The position numbers were made by a program, and so were the translations under genes. From Candidatus Cloacimonadales bacterium (GTDB taxonomy: Bacteria; Cloacimonadota; Cloacimonadia; Cloacimonadales; JAIOQZ01), in NCBI GenBank assembly GCA_963662655.2, contig CAXXTU010000002.1, positions 512,001 to 576,000 of the forward strand: DNA of 64,000 nucleotides, given 5' to 3'. Positions 1 through 9,211 of the stretch are shown here, one piece after another. The stretch's first letter is position 1. Each line of letters opens with the position of its first letter. The notes beneath the pieces are model-generated. The model saw only the letters and a program-made list of their open reading frames with translations. It was not told where the DNA came from and searched no databases.

Positions 1-39
1 AAGGAAACACCCCCTAATAGCTTTTGCATTGCTTGTTGA

Positions 40-114
40 GCGGGAATAGCTCAGTGGTAGAGCTCTACCTTGCCAAGGTAGATGTCGCGGGTTCGAATCC
101 CGTTTCCCGCTCCA
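40..114 (+). tRNA. tRNA-Gly (GCC)
   Basis: GCGGGAA...TTCCCGC acceptor stem, anticodon arm CTACC-TTGCCAA-GGTAG, GGTTCGAATCC T-loop, encoded CCA. Confidence 0.97.
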
Positions 115-127
115 TTTTTTTTTGCCA

Positions 128-201
128 GGCGACATCGCCAAGTGGTAAGGCAAGGGTCTGCAAAATCCTCATCCCCGGTTCGAATCCGGGTGTCGCCTCC
201 A
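128..201 (+). tRNA. tRNA-Cys (GCA)
   Basis: GGCGACA...TGTCGCC acceptor stem, CTGCAAA anticodon loop, GGTTCGAATCC T-loop, encoded CCA. Confidence 0.97.
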
Positions 202-209
202 TTTCAAAT

Positions 210-297
210 GCCGGAGTGGTGGAATTGGTAGACACAAGGGACTTAAAATCCCTCGCAGTTTTACTGCGTGCCGGTTCAAGTCCGGCCTCTGGTACCA
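210..297 (+). tRNA. tRNA-Leu (TAA)
   Basis: GCCGGAG...CTCTGGT acceptor stem, CTTAAAA anticodon loop, long variable arm, GGTTCAAGTCC, CCA; Gly-Cys-Leu order as in glyW-cysT-leuZ. Confidence 0.96.
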
Positions 298-302
298 TTT
301 CT

Positions 303-974
303 TTACTTGTCTAAGAGAATAATCTTATCGCCAATCGTAATGATTTGATCAAAAATCCCTTTATAATGCTGTTTCCGATGAGATACGATCAACGCTCCAT
401 ACCCTTCTTGCTTACGTTCCTCGAGAAGCGAAATGAATTGCTGCAACCTGCTCGCGTCGAGTCCGGCCTCCGGTTCGTCCAGAATCCAGAATCTATTTCG
501 CAGTAACGCGATGGAAGAGAGACTGATCCTCTTCTTCTGGCCGCCGCTGAGTTCCCAGAAAGGCGTATCTTGGAAATCATGAACTTCCAGCCTTGATAAG
601 GCATGCAAGCGCTCGACTCGCCTTAGCTCCGAGTCATTTTGCTGAAACCGGTTTTGCCAGATTGCCATATCCTCGCTTGCTGTGGAGGCGAGGAGGTTGC
701 AATCAATCTCCTGCTTGAGGTAAAGAACCTGTTTCGACAGCTCGGAAGGCGTTACCTTTCGGTAGTTCCTGTCATCGAGATAAAGATTTCCCCGATACCT
801 GGTTTCGAGTCCGGCGAGAAGCCTGCAAAGCGTAGTCTTGCCGCACCCGTTAGCGCCATGAAGCAATATAATTTCACTCAGCGGAAGTTCGACGTTCGCG
901 CGATCGAAAATGAGATGGTCGGGCGAGTAGCCAAACGTCAAACCCTCGATTTTTATCTTCGACACTAAGATCAT
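303..974 (-). CDS. ECF/ABC transporter ATP-binding protein (EcfA'-like)
   Basis: Walker A GANGCGKT, signature LSGGQ, Walker B WILDEP, H-loop VSH. Confidence 0.9.
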   Translation of the reverse strand: MILVSKIKIEGLTFGYSPDHLIFDRANVELPLSEIILLHGANGCGKTTLCRLLAGLETRYRGNLYLDDRNYRKVTPSELSKQVLYLKQEIDCNLLASTASEDMAIWQNRFQQNDSELRRVERLHALSRLEVHDFQDTPFWELSGGQKKRISLSSIALLRNRFWILDEPEAGLDASRLQQFISLLEERKQEGYGALIVSHRKQHYKGIFDQIITIGDKIILLDK

Positions 975-1633
975 ACCTCGCTTGTATCCAAGTGGATAAC
1001 TTGATCGGATATGGACAGCAATTCCTCGTCGTGGGACGTTAGCACAACGGTTCCGTGAAGCCCTCGGTATAGATGAATGAAATTGATTACCAGCTTGGCG
1101 GATTCGCCCGAAAGGCCGTTCAGCGGCTCGTCCAGTACGAGAATCGAGGGTCTCAGCGCGAATAGCGCTGACAGCGCCACGAGCTTTTTCTGTCCATACG
1201 ACAAGGAATAGGTATCCTTGTGTTGCAGATGGGCAATATTGAACATTGCAAGCGATTCCTGCAACCTTGATCCGATTTCCTCACGGGGCAGGCATAAGTT
1301 CTCCGGCCCGAACACGATCTCCTGCTCGACCGATGGAAAATGGAGCTGCCACTCGATTTCCTGCATCAGGATACTTGCAACGGGTGCGAGCTGTGGAAGC
1401 GATTGCGTTGAGTAATCCTCTCCGTGAAGCAAAATGGCGCCCTCCAGGAGCCCGTGAATCGATTTGGGTATAATTCCGCAGATCAGGTACAGAAGCGTCG
1501 TCTTGCCGCTTCCATTCTCGCCTGTGACGGTCGTAATGGAGCGTGACGGGATTTCCAGCGAGAAATTGCGAAAGATGCGCTTGTCCTTTTCGGAGTACCG
1601 GAAGGAGACATTGCTGAATTCAATTGCGTTCAT
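971..1633 (-). CDS. ECF transporter ATP-binding protein (EcfA/CbiO-like)
   Basis: GENGSGKT, ECF-typical SVEQEIVFGPENL, LSYGQKK, LVLDEP; 4-nt overlap with next ATPase. Confidence 0.92.
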   Translation of the reverse strand: MNAIEFSNVSFRYSEKDKRIFRNFSLEIPSRSITTVTGENGSGKTTLLYLICGIIPKSIHGLLEGAILLHGEDYSTQSLPQLAPVASILMQEIEWQLHFPSVEQEIVFGPENLCLPREEIGSRLQESLAMFNIAHLQHKDTYSLSYGQKKLVALSALFALRPSILVLDEPLNGLSGESAKLVINFIHLYRGLHGTVVLTSHDEELLSISDQVIHLDTSEV

Positions 1634-1636
1634 CGG

Positions 1637-2041
1637 TTACTGCAAGACGATCTTATTGATATTCTTCAGCCAGCGCTGATGAAACTCGTCCGTCGGTATC
1701 ACCAGACGAAAGGTGTCGTCCTCGTTTATCGCAAGAAAGAGGTCAGGCAGTTCCTCGATTGGAATCTGAATGTTCATTCCGTCGCCGGACACGAAGTCAA
1801 GCAGCGTGATCTGGCTCATGTCAATCTCGAACAGGTCGCATACATCCTGCACTCGAACCGCTTCGTACGATTTATCGTTCCCGACGCTCAACGGAACGAT
1901 CTCGAGTTTTTCTGTTATCGCCCGGCTCAAATGGATCGTCTGGGAGTCTTCGACGACTTCGGGCTCCTGTCCCGCTCTGTAAGCGAGCAGGATCGCGATT
2001 GCGATGAGGGCGACAACCAGTATGGTTAGGGTAAGTTTCAT
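1637..2041 (-). CDS. membrane-anchored hypothetical protein, molybdopterin-oxidoreductase-like small domain
   Basis: N-terminal TM helix; C-terminal FRLVIPTDEFHQRWLKNINKI motif; ATG at 2041 with AGGAGA RBS overlaps upstream stop (ATGA). Confidence 0.7.
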   Translation of the reverse strand: MKLTLTILVVALIAIAILLAYRAGQEPEVVEDSQTIHLSRAITEKLEIVPLSVGNDKSYEAVRVQDVCDLFEIDMSQITLLDFVSGDGMNIQIPIEELPDLFLAINEDDTFRLVIPTDEFHQRWLKNINKIVLQ

Positions 2042-2469
2042 TGAATTCTCCTGTATTTCCATGCGGGATATCCGTTCTTCTCGGACGATCCGATGCGCTG
2101 ATATTGTGTAATCCTGTTGCGGAACGAGAGGGAATCGCCCTCATCGGCTTCGATGCGGAAAAGGCATACTTCCTGGAGCGAATCGACATTGCAGAATGCC
2201 GGCAGCGTTTCGGAGGTCGTGCGCCATACGTTTGCGTTCCGCTCTATCTCTATCTCGGAGAAAGCGGTTTCCGTAATCAGCGCTGCAAGGCCATCCGAGG
2301 CGATAAGCAGTGCGTAATCCGGTTTGTATGACTGAAGGATATCGCTCAGATTGCCGGTCTTGACATATTGTGTTTCCTCGTCGATGTCACCTGTCAGAGC
2401 GGGAGGTTTCTCACAGCAGGCCGCCAGCAAGATGACGAAGGAAAGAAGAAGGATTATTCTTTGTACCAT
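2038..2469 (-). CDS. putative lipoprotein of ECF operon
   Basis: Signal peptide with lipobox LAAC; IASDG motif resembling those of neighbouring genes. Confidence 0.65.
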   Translation of the reverse strand: MVQRIILLLSFVILLAACCEKPPALTGDIDEETQYVKTGNLSDILQSYKPDYALLIASDGLAALITETAFSEIEIERNANVWRTTSETLPAFCNVDSLQEVCLFRIEADEGDSLSFRNRITQYQRIGSSEKNGYPAWKYRRIQ

Positions 2470-3425
2470 AGGAATACCTTCCGGCTTTGCGACCACTGTG
2501 GATCGGCAAAGTTTTTATTATAATCGAGAACGGTTTTGTTCTCGTTATCCGCCTTGATTGATACCGTTTCGGGATCGATGCTCAGCAGGTTCAAGACTTC
2601 CGTCATATCCTTGCAAATTCCCGAATTCACGATGCACAAATCGTCCTTCTGAATGTAGACAAGGTTCTTGATCCACATTCCTGCCGGCATGTCCGGGCTT
2701 TTCAGGTTAAGCGAGTCCCCATTCTCCGCCACGATTGCATTTTCGAGATACGTTTGGTAGTCGAGTACGTGGGTGATGCCATCCTGTGCGATGAGTCGGA
2801 AATTGCCCCGCACATCCGGGAACGCTGTCAGGGCGATATCCTTGAATCGGTAGCCGCTGTCCTTCTCGAACGGCGTGAGTTTCTCCTGGTAGGTCAAGGA
2901 CGCTTCCAGCGAATTGAGCAAGATCAATGCAGTCGGTTTGATCGCGGACTTCTCGGTCTCGAAGATGATCCGGGATGGATTGAAAATCCAGTACATGGCC
3001 CTCATGTTGGGGACGATCAGTCGTGTTGCGCCATCGTTCAGGGTTTTCCCGTCTTTCGCCCAGGCAATGACTGCGCTACTTTGCTCGAGCTCTTCGCGGC
3101 TCAGCCTGACCTGATAATTGTCGTCGGAGCGGAGTATGACGGAAAGGAAGTCTGGTCTGCCCAGCAGTTGCGTGAGTTGGGCCACTTGAATCCCCGTCCA
3201 GTTCTCGGTGATGGTGAGACCCTTCTTCTCGCGGGATGTTTCGATTTGAATAGCGTCCATTTGCTGTAACTGCTCGCGAGTCAACTCGATCGTCTGGTCG
3301 TTGCACTTGATGCTCAGGCGCGGTTCAGCGGACAGAAGGACTGAGCCGCAGAAGGTTAGGATGCAGAAGATGACGAGCGTTCTGTAATGACGCGATACTG
3401 AAGAAGTCGTTGATAAATAATCCAT
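2454..3425 (-). CDS. exported molybdopterin-dependent oxidoreductase-like domain protein
   Basis: ATG at 3425 with GGAGG RBS; signal peptide; WTGIQVAQL...SDDNYQV...TRLIVPN...YWIFNP pattern, partly repeated in a second domain (IAQDG...MWIKNLVYI). Confidence 0.7.
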   Translation of the reverse strand: MDYLSTTSSVSRHYRTLVIFCILTFCGSVLLSAEPRLSIKCNDQTIELTREQLQQMDAIQIETSREKKGLTITENWTGIQVAQLTQLLGRPDFLSVILRSDDNYQVRLSREELEQSSAVIAWAKDGKTLNDGATRLIVPNMRAMYWIFNPSRIIFETEKSAIKPTALILLNSLEASLTYQEKLTPFEKDSGYRFKDIALTAFPDVRGNFRLIAQDGITHVLDYQTYLENAIVAENGDSLNLKSPDMPAGMWIKNLVYIQKDDLCIVNSGICKDMTEVLNLLSIDPETVSIKADNENKTVLDYNKNFADPQWSQSRKVFLWYKE

Positions 3426-3922
3426 GCGAGGATTCCTCCGATTATTCCTGATATGATTGCCGAGAGCGTGGAAATTGCGATCATCAAGCCGGGTAATCGC
3501 ATGATGAGAAGCGTCACGATCAGCGATCCGGCGATATTGGGCAAGCTGCATAACAGAGTCATGTGAAACACCGTCTGCTTTCGGGGTAGCGGAAGCATTG
3601 CCAGATCGCCGAAAATCCCCGGCAATGTGTAGCTGAGAAGCGATACGATTCCGTGACTTCCGAAGAGTCCCATGGCAAGTACTGTGACACCCTGCACGAG
3701 CCCGAATAACGTGCCTGTTCCCGGCTTCCATACGATGGCGATGGTCAGGGCGAGCCACATCATGTACAAGCCTCCAGCAAGCGATCCGCCCGGGATCATC
3801 AGCGGCGCGGAAACAAGATGCACCAATGGCGTCACGATCGGCTTGATCGCGATGCCCAGCGCCGCAAATATCGCGATGGTTAGTAAGTCCTTAGATGAGA
3901 ATCTCGAGAGAAACCGGTTCAT
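3356..3922 (-). CDS. ECF transporter S component
   Basis: 188-aa hydrophobic protein starting FSSKDLLTIAIFAALG, with KPGTG motif; first gene of operon with EcfA ATPases. Confidence 0.85.
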   Translation of the reverse strand: MNRFLSRFSSKDLLTIAIFAALGIAIKPIVTPLVHLVSAPLMIPGGSLAGGLYMMWLALTIAIVWKPGTGTLFGLVQGVTVLAMGLFGSHGIVSLLSYTLPGIFGDLAMLPLPRKQTVFHMTLLCSLPNIAGSLIVTLLIMRLPGLMIAISTLSAIISGIIGGILAWIIYQRLLQYRVITERSSSSAS

Positions 3923-3958
3923 TCTTCTGTGGTTGCCTTGTCGTTTTTTTTGATTTGC

Positions 3959-3987
3959 ATGCTGCCGATGGTTTCGTTTCCTGTCAA
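3959..3987 (-). promoter_or_regulatory. putative sigma70 promoter of ECF operon
   Basis: TTGACA (3987-3982), 17-nt spacer, weak -10 CAGCAT. Confidence 0.4.
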
Positions 3988-4055
3988 GCGTTCTATTCTT
4001 GTCACGCCTTTTCTCCGCCGAAAGAGTTGACACCCCGAAGTCGGTACGCCCGACC

Positions 4056-4166
4056 CCCGCGGCGGCGGCGTTGAAGCCTATCGGCTTCTGCACGACGGCA
4101 AGAAGTTTTCCCGGAAAACTTCTTGCCGCGTGCTAGTGCGCGGAGCGCACACGCCGCCGCCGCGGG
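4056..4166. repeat. structured intergenic element, four-way junction, copy 1
   Basis: 16-bp perfect closing stem CCCGCGGCGGCGGCGT/ACGCCGCCGCCGCGGG enclosing three hairpins (6 bp, ~20 bp, 6 bp); same architecture as 52890-53002. Confidence 0.8.
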
Positions 4167-4266
4167 AGCGTGCTCACGACTTCGTTGCGCGGGTCTATTG
4201 GGCCGGTCGATGGAGAGCTTGGAATCATGAGCCTGCGCTCCCATTTCCTTCAGGAGTATAGCGTGC

Positions 4267-4314
4267 AAAAAGGAAAAGGATTTCCGGGCGATTTGCATCG
4301 AACCGGAAATCCTT
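4267..4314 (-). terminator. intrinsic terminator of the FN3/FlgD protein gene
   Basis: AAGGATTTCCGG/CCGGAAATCCTT stem followed on minus strand by TTCCTTTTT, about 20 nt past the stop. Confidence 0.75.
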
Positions 4315-4335
4315 CCGTTCAAGATATCTTGCAAT

Positions 4336-7300
4336 TTATTTCAGAAGCAGCACCTTGCGTGTTTTCGAGGTTTTGCCGTTAATCTCCAGCTTACAGAAAT
4401 AGATGCCGCTGGATACCTTCTTCCCTCTATCGTCCTGACCTCTCCAGACGATGTCGTGAACGCCGGCGTCCTGAACATCGGAAACAAACTTCTTCACGCG
4501 CTGCCCCTTGATGTTGTAGATCGTAAGCTCAACTTCCGATTGCTTGGGAAGCGAGTATTTGAACGTTGTCTCCGGATTGAACGGATTCGGATAGTTGGTG
4601 AATATCTGCTTGTATTGCAGCGCATCGTCGTCGTTGTTCATGAACTGGTTGTAGATGCGCACGGTTCCGTTCAACGTGAGCTGATTCGGGAAGAAGGAAA
4701 CGGAATCGACCTCCGTCATGTTGAAGAAGTAACTGCCTAAGTTCACAAGGACGGAATGCTCGTCCATGAACTGGCTTCGATCCAGCTTGAGCGTAACTTC
4801 GGATAGCGCCTTCAGTTCAAGCTGGATATCCCACGTCTGGACATCTAAATCCAGGTACGTGAACGGGCGTTTGAACTCCTGATAGAACTTCTGTTCCGGA
4901 TATGGACTGAAGTCCTCTTCCTGCAAGATTTGCAGGTTGACCGCGTTGTAAGCGGGTCTGTCCGGAGGCTTCGGTGTGTCGAGGAATTCATCGAAATCGA
5001 CCGTGGATTCCTCGTTCGCGCCCATGATAATGATGTCCTTGTCTTCATCGCCCTGGGAGGCGATCAATTGAAGTTCCCAGGCATCCCTGAAGTATTCGAA
5101 TTTCGGGTTGTGAGCGAACGGCTTGAGCTTGATTCCGAGATCGGGGATGTGGCAGAACATGAAGAATGATTCCTGTGGCATAATCTCGTTCACGAGGCGA
5201 TACCCATCACGGTACACATAGACCGGCTTGGCGATGTAACCATTTCTTACAGCTTCCGTGTATGTGTAAGTATATCCGTTCACAAGGATGGAGATATCTG
5301 TAACGGGAAGTGGTCCGTAATGCGGGTTCGGAACAAAGTTCCAGCCTTCCCGCAGCGATGACTCCCAATCCGTTTCATAGAAGCTGATTCCCCCCATGTA
5401 AAGCCCCCAATATTCGAAACCATACGTCCAGTAGGGGGTACCGAAGCTGTACGTGTCGTCTGAGGTGAAGCCGTTTTGAGGATTCCACTGATACAACTCC
5501 GTGTTGTCACCGGGGGACATTGCGGCGTTTGTGATAGGATTCGACGAGACTTTCCAGCCCGTACCGATTCCCAGTTCGAAGCTGCTTGGCACAATACCGA
5601 AACGGTACTCCGACTCGTAGTCTGTAAATGATCCGTCTTCGAAGTAGGCACGTACGAGGAGCTTGCAATCGGTCATCCACGTAAGATCCGGGACTGTCCA
5701 GTTGTAGCTGGTAGCGCCACCATTGAGGCTATTCGCCACGACAAGCGTATCCGTTCCGGAAACGGCACAGAGTTTGATCGATTCCACAACGACCGGATAG
5801 CTCGTACTCCAGTTGAACGCCACTTCGTCGTTAGCCTGATAGTATCTGTTCTGCATGCTGCCGACGGTTATATTCGGCTGCAAATCTCCCCAATACAGGG
5901 TGAAAGATATCCAGTCCGTGTTGGAGGCGGTGAATTGCAGAGAGCTCTCGGCAAGATTCGTATAGCTGCCGGTCGATAGATTGCGAAGATACATCTTCTC
6001 GCCATTTCGCTCCGGCATCTCGGGAAGCTCGATGTACATCTGCTGACCGGTTTGATTCGTCCGTACGCGTAAGGTCCATGTGTTCAGCCAGGTTTCTTCA
6101 TCGTAATCGTTGTGAATCTCCTGGAAGAGTCTCCGGTAGTTCGCGTCCCAGTACTGCTCATAGAACTCGGCCTGAACGTAGTTTCCGACCGGAACATCGG
6201 TGTTGAGCATATCGAAATGGGAATCCCAGCTATCGGAAGCGTATGCGTTCTTTCCGAAGCGCACCGAGTCGGATACGGTTTGTGACGCGTTGTAAACGTT
6301 CAATTGGTGAATGTATTGAGGTTGCGCTTCCCGGTAGTCGTTGTTCCATGCGATCGTTCCGTCCGTATGTTCCGCATGAACCCGGTAATAATAGATTAGA
6401 CGCTGATCGATATCGTAATCGACATACGAGTAAGATACGTCTTCCTCTGTACTTCCCGCGAGGTTCATGTTCGTTTCCCAAGATGAGATGGTCTCATAGG
6501 GGCCTTCCGGATCCGTCGCGCGATCGATGATAAATCCAGCGTTGTTGCTCTGAGCCTCGGCTATCCATTGAATATCGACGGATTCGCTGCGTCCGTACGC
6601 TGCATAGTCGTCGATGAGCGCTGGCCCGGTGAAAGTCGTGATCTCTTCCGATAACGCGCTGGTGTGGTTATTGAAATCGACTGCCCTGATCGCCATGTAG
6701 TATGTTGTATTCGCTTCGAGGTTGCCGATGGTCACGGAATTGATTGCCTGCCCGGCCATTGTGCTTCTGTTCGATCTCGAGAAGGTTGAATAGGTTCCGT
6801 TTTCGAGCGGCTCCGTCGAGTACAGGATTTGGTAGGAATAAAAATCGTATGCGCTGGAGCGATCCCACTTGAGCGTGATGGAGTCAAATCCCGAGGTTGT
6901 GGTCGTCAAATTCTCCGGCGCTGTCGGGAATTCTCCGTCATCCATTTCGAAGTAATCGTCCAGCGTGCTGCCGATGGCATCGAAAATGGGCTGATAATAC
7001 TGAATCGCGCGATCGTGAACTTTGCTCAAGTTGTATTTGAGTGTAAGCGGATCGAACGCGTTGAACCAGCGCCAGTAATTGGTGGTGTGCGGGTAACATG
7101 ATGGAAGTTCATCAAACTCGATGTGAACAAACGGCTCATGCTGCTCGTAAACGTTCTGTCCGGAAATCGTGTACTGCATTTGGCGGTTGTATTGGTATCC
7201 GGGGAGATCGATTTCGTTGGGGACCTGAATCGTGTCCCCATCGACAACGTAATCGAAACCGTCGCTGGTGTAATAAACTGTGTAGAATTCCTCGATCGTC

Positions 7301-8250
7301 ACCGGGTCGTGAATGCCGATTGTGTTCTCTGGATGAACGATGTAAGGCGTCGCATTGATGAAGTCCTTGTGATCGTAGGAGAGATCGCGGATGGGAAGAC
7401 ACGGGTAATCTCTGTTCCAGTTCCCGGCCGCAATCTGACAGTTATTATACCCGAGGTGGGCGTTCCAGTCGTAACTGTGAAGCTGAACGCAGAGTTCTCT
7501 TTCGCCGGTATCCTCGCGGATATTGTCGCAAAAACGACGGTAGGCGGTATTGAATGTATGGTCGTAATGCCTGGTCGGGTCGCTGATCGATTTCGAATTG
7601 GTGTAGCCATATCCGTCATCGTTCCACATGACCTCGCGTCCAACGCCGCTGATCAAAAGGTATTCCGCGTTCCACTGGAGGAACGTTCTGATACCGAACG
7701 CTGGGGTGATGTAGTCGTCGTTTGGATGCGGAACGGTTACCAGAATCGGCTTTGCATCCTCTTCGGTATTCTTGATATAAAGCCCCCAACCACGGTTAAA
7801 GCTACCGTGTTCGTCATCATAGGTATCGGCAGTAGCATTGTCGTCGTAATAATCGGGATTCACCAATTCGCGGAGCATGTGGTATGTGTTACCGGTATCC
7901 GAATCATGGAATACAACTACCTCATAGGGAAACTCGTATTGTTCGATCAATTCGTCGGCCCCGGTAAGATCGCCTGCGATAAACGCAAGAATGATCTCCT
8001 CCCACTGGGTGAGTTGATCGGCCGAAGGGGCCACGTACGAGCCGAAACCATTGAGCTGTCTATCGTAGGGGGCATAGATGTTATAGCCCGGAGAGGCGAT
8101 TCCCTCCACGATGTGACTTTGCCAGTTGTCGTATGCACAGCCATCGGCAGATGAATAGACGAACTTCGCAAGGGACTCGTATTCTTCAATATAGGGAAAA
8201 CAAGCTGCCGTAACAAGTAGAAGTGTAAAAAGAATCCAGATGTGTTTCAT
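4336..8250 (-). CDS. large secreted protein with FN3 domains and C-terminal FlgD-Ig / T9SS type A-like sorting domain
   Basis: Signal peptide; FN3 (PTAPENL...ITLKW...LEANTTYYMAIRAVD); C-terminus NYPNPFNPETTFKYSLP...IYNIKGQRV...SGIYFCKL...KVLLLK. Confidence 0.88.
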   Translation of the reverse strand: MKHIWILFTLLLVTAACFPYIEEYESLAKFVYSSADGCAYDNWQSHIVEGIASPGYNIYAPYDRQLNGFGSYVAPSADQLTQWEEIILAFIAGDLTGADELIEQYEFPYEVVVFHDSDTGNTYHMLRELVNPDYYDDNATADTYDDEHGSFNRGWGLYIKNTEEDAKPILVTVPHPNDDYITPAFGIRTFLQWNAEYLLISGVGREVMWNDDGYGYTNSKSISDPTRHYDHTFNTAYRRFCDNIREDTGERELCVQLHSYDWNAHLGYNNCQIAAGNWNRDYPCLPIRDLSYDHKDFINATPYIVHPENTIGIHDPVTIEEFYTVYYTSDGFDYVVDGDTIQVPNEIDLPGYQYNRQMQYTISGQNVYEQHEPFVHIEFDELPSCYPHTTNYWRWFNAFDPLTLKYNLSKVHDRAIQYYQPIFDAIGSTLDDYFEMDDGEFPTAPENLTTTTSGFDSITLKWDRSSAYDFYSYQILYSTEPLENGTYSTFSRSNRSTMAGQAINSVTIGNLEANTTYYMAIRAVDFNNHTSALSEEITTFTGPALIDDYAAYGRSESVDIQWIAEAQSNNAGFIIDRATDPEGPYETISSWETNMNLAGSTEEDVSYSYVDYDIDQRLIYYYRVHAEHTDGTIAWNNDYREAQPQYIHQLNVYNASQTVSDSVRFGKNAYASDSWDSHFDMLNTDVPVGNYVQAEFYEQYWDANYRRLFQEIHNDYDEETWLNTWTLRVRTNQTGQQMYIELPEMPERNGEKMYLRNLSTGSYTNLAESSLQFTASNTDWISFTLYWGDLQPNITVGSMQNRYYQANDEVAFNWSTSYPVVVESIKLCAVSGTDTLVVANSLNGGATSYNWTVPDLTWMTDCKLLVRAYFEDGSFTDYESEYRFGIVPSSFELGIGTGWKVSSNPITNAAMSPGDNTELYQWNPQNGFTSDDTYSFGTPYWTYGFEYWGLYMGGISFYETDWESSLREGWNFVPNPHYGPLPVTDISILVNGYTYTYTEAVRNGYIAKPVYVYRDGYRLVNEIMPQESFFMFCHIPDLGIKLKPFAHNPKFEYFRDAWELQLIASQGDEDKDIIIMGANEESTVDFDEFLDTPKPPDRPAYNAVNLQILQEEDFSPYPEQKFYQEFKRPFTYLDLDVQTWDIQLELKALSEVTLKLDRSQFMDEHSVLVNLGSYFFNMTEVDSVSFFPNQLTLNGTVRIYNQFMNNDDDALQYKQIFTNYPNPFNPETTFKYSLPKQSEVELTIYNIKGQRVKKFVSDVQDAGVHDIVWRGQDDRGKKVSSGIYFCKLEINGKTSKTRKVLLLK

Positions 8251-8303
8251 GCTTACCGCCTTTGTTATTCTCAGAGAATTTCTTTTCCGAATACAAAAAT
8301 CGT

Positions 8304-9209
8304 TCAGACCTTGCCGTTTTTGGCAATCTTTTTTTTATGGATTATTATAAGCACGGCTCCCGCAAGTGCAGGCAGGACGGCAGTAAAGAAGAATATTGAA
8401 AGAGATGCTGCCACGGCTACTGCGGACTCGATGCCATATTTGGGCAAAAAATACAAGGCCACTGTCTCGCGAATCCCCAAACCTCCGTAGGTTATCGAAA
8501 TCTGCGTAGCAGTAAGAATGAACGACACGACAACCGAAGTTGAAAGGAGTGAGATACTGGATGTGTCGATGGGGGAAATTTGGTTGCTCAGCAGAATGAA
8601 GTATTGATAGAAGGTGATGAGAATGTATACGGTCTGCGAGGCGATGATTCTGGGCGTGATGCGCTTCAATTGCTTCGGGAAACGGCTCTCCTTCTTGAAC
8701 AGCCGTAACGTCGGCGGCAGCAGGAACGGCATTGCGAGTACCCCGACCAGCGCCAGAATCTTCCACAGAAGCCTGACTTCCGTGAAATAGATGAAGCAAC
8801 TGAAGGAGGCGAAGAGAAACACGATCCAGGACTGGTAAAATTTCTCGACTCCCACCGAAACGGCTGTCGCTTTCTTCTTGTTCTCCACGAAGAACATCTT
8901 TCCGAAGCTGGCATACCCGCCTGGTATCACGAATCCCAAAGCGAGCCCGATGAAATAGGAGCGCAGGACTTCGTTTTTCTTCGGGACGTAGTTGGGATTG
9001 ATGCGCAAGCACCAGTGCCAGTTGTAATACTGGGTTATGAGCTTGATCGCGGTTGTGAGAAGCAGTACCGTGATAACGCTTGCCTTGTACGATGCCAGGT
9101 GCGTCGCGAGAGACAGGAAATCCACCTTGCGGAAAACGAAGTAGAGGATGGCAACGCTGATCGCGATCTTCAGGAGAAAAACGGTTTGCTTGACGATAAT
9201 CTTCCGCAT
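8304..9209 (-). CDS. lysylphosphatidylglycerol synthase TM / flippase-like (UPF0104) protein
   Basis: Multi-TM; LLKIAISVAILYFVFRKVD start and GGLGIRE motif; start could be 9221. Confidence 0.8.
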   Translation of the reverse strand: MRKIIVKQTVFLLKIAISVAILYFVFRKVDFLSLATHLASYKASVITVLLLTTAIKLITQYYNWHWCLRINPNYVPKKNEVLRSYFIGLALGFVIPGGYASFGKMFFVENKKKATAVSVGVEKFYQSWIVFLFASFSCFIYFTEVRLLWKILALVGVLAMPFLLPPTLRLFKKESRFPKQLKRITPRIIASQTVYILITFYQYFILLSNQISPIDTSSISLLSTSVVVSFILTATQISITYGGLGIRETVALYFLPKYGIESAVAVAASLSIFFFTAVLPALAGAVLIIIHKKKIAKNGKV

Positions 9210-9211
9210 CT

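Noticed and set aside
210..303. tRNA-Leu 3' end as an integration site for an island
   Set aside because: No integrase follows and I saw no duplicate of the tRNA 3' end in the window
24..314. ORFs 24-314 (+) and 65-298 (-)
   Set aside because: They are translations of the three tRNA genes
3990..4260. Cobalamin or other riboswitch upstream of the ECF S gene
   Set aside because: No B12-box, TPP, FMN or SAM consensus recognised; the structure lies upstream of the putative promoter and recurs before an unrelated operon
7123..8154. Long antisense or alternate-frame ORFs (also 8335-9390, 15034-16173, 30030-30974, 39215-40246, 49212-50072)
   Set aside because: Shadow frames of well-supported genes, expected from codon bias; no recognisable motifs
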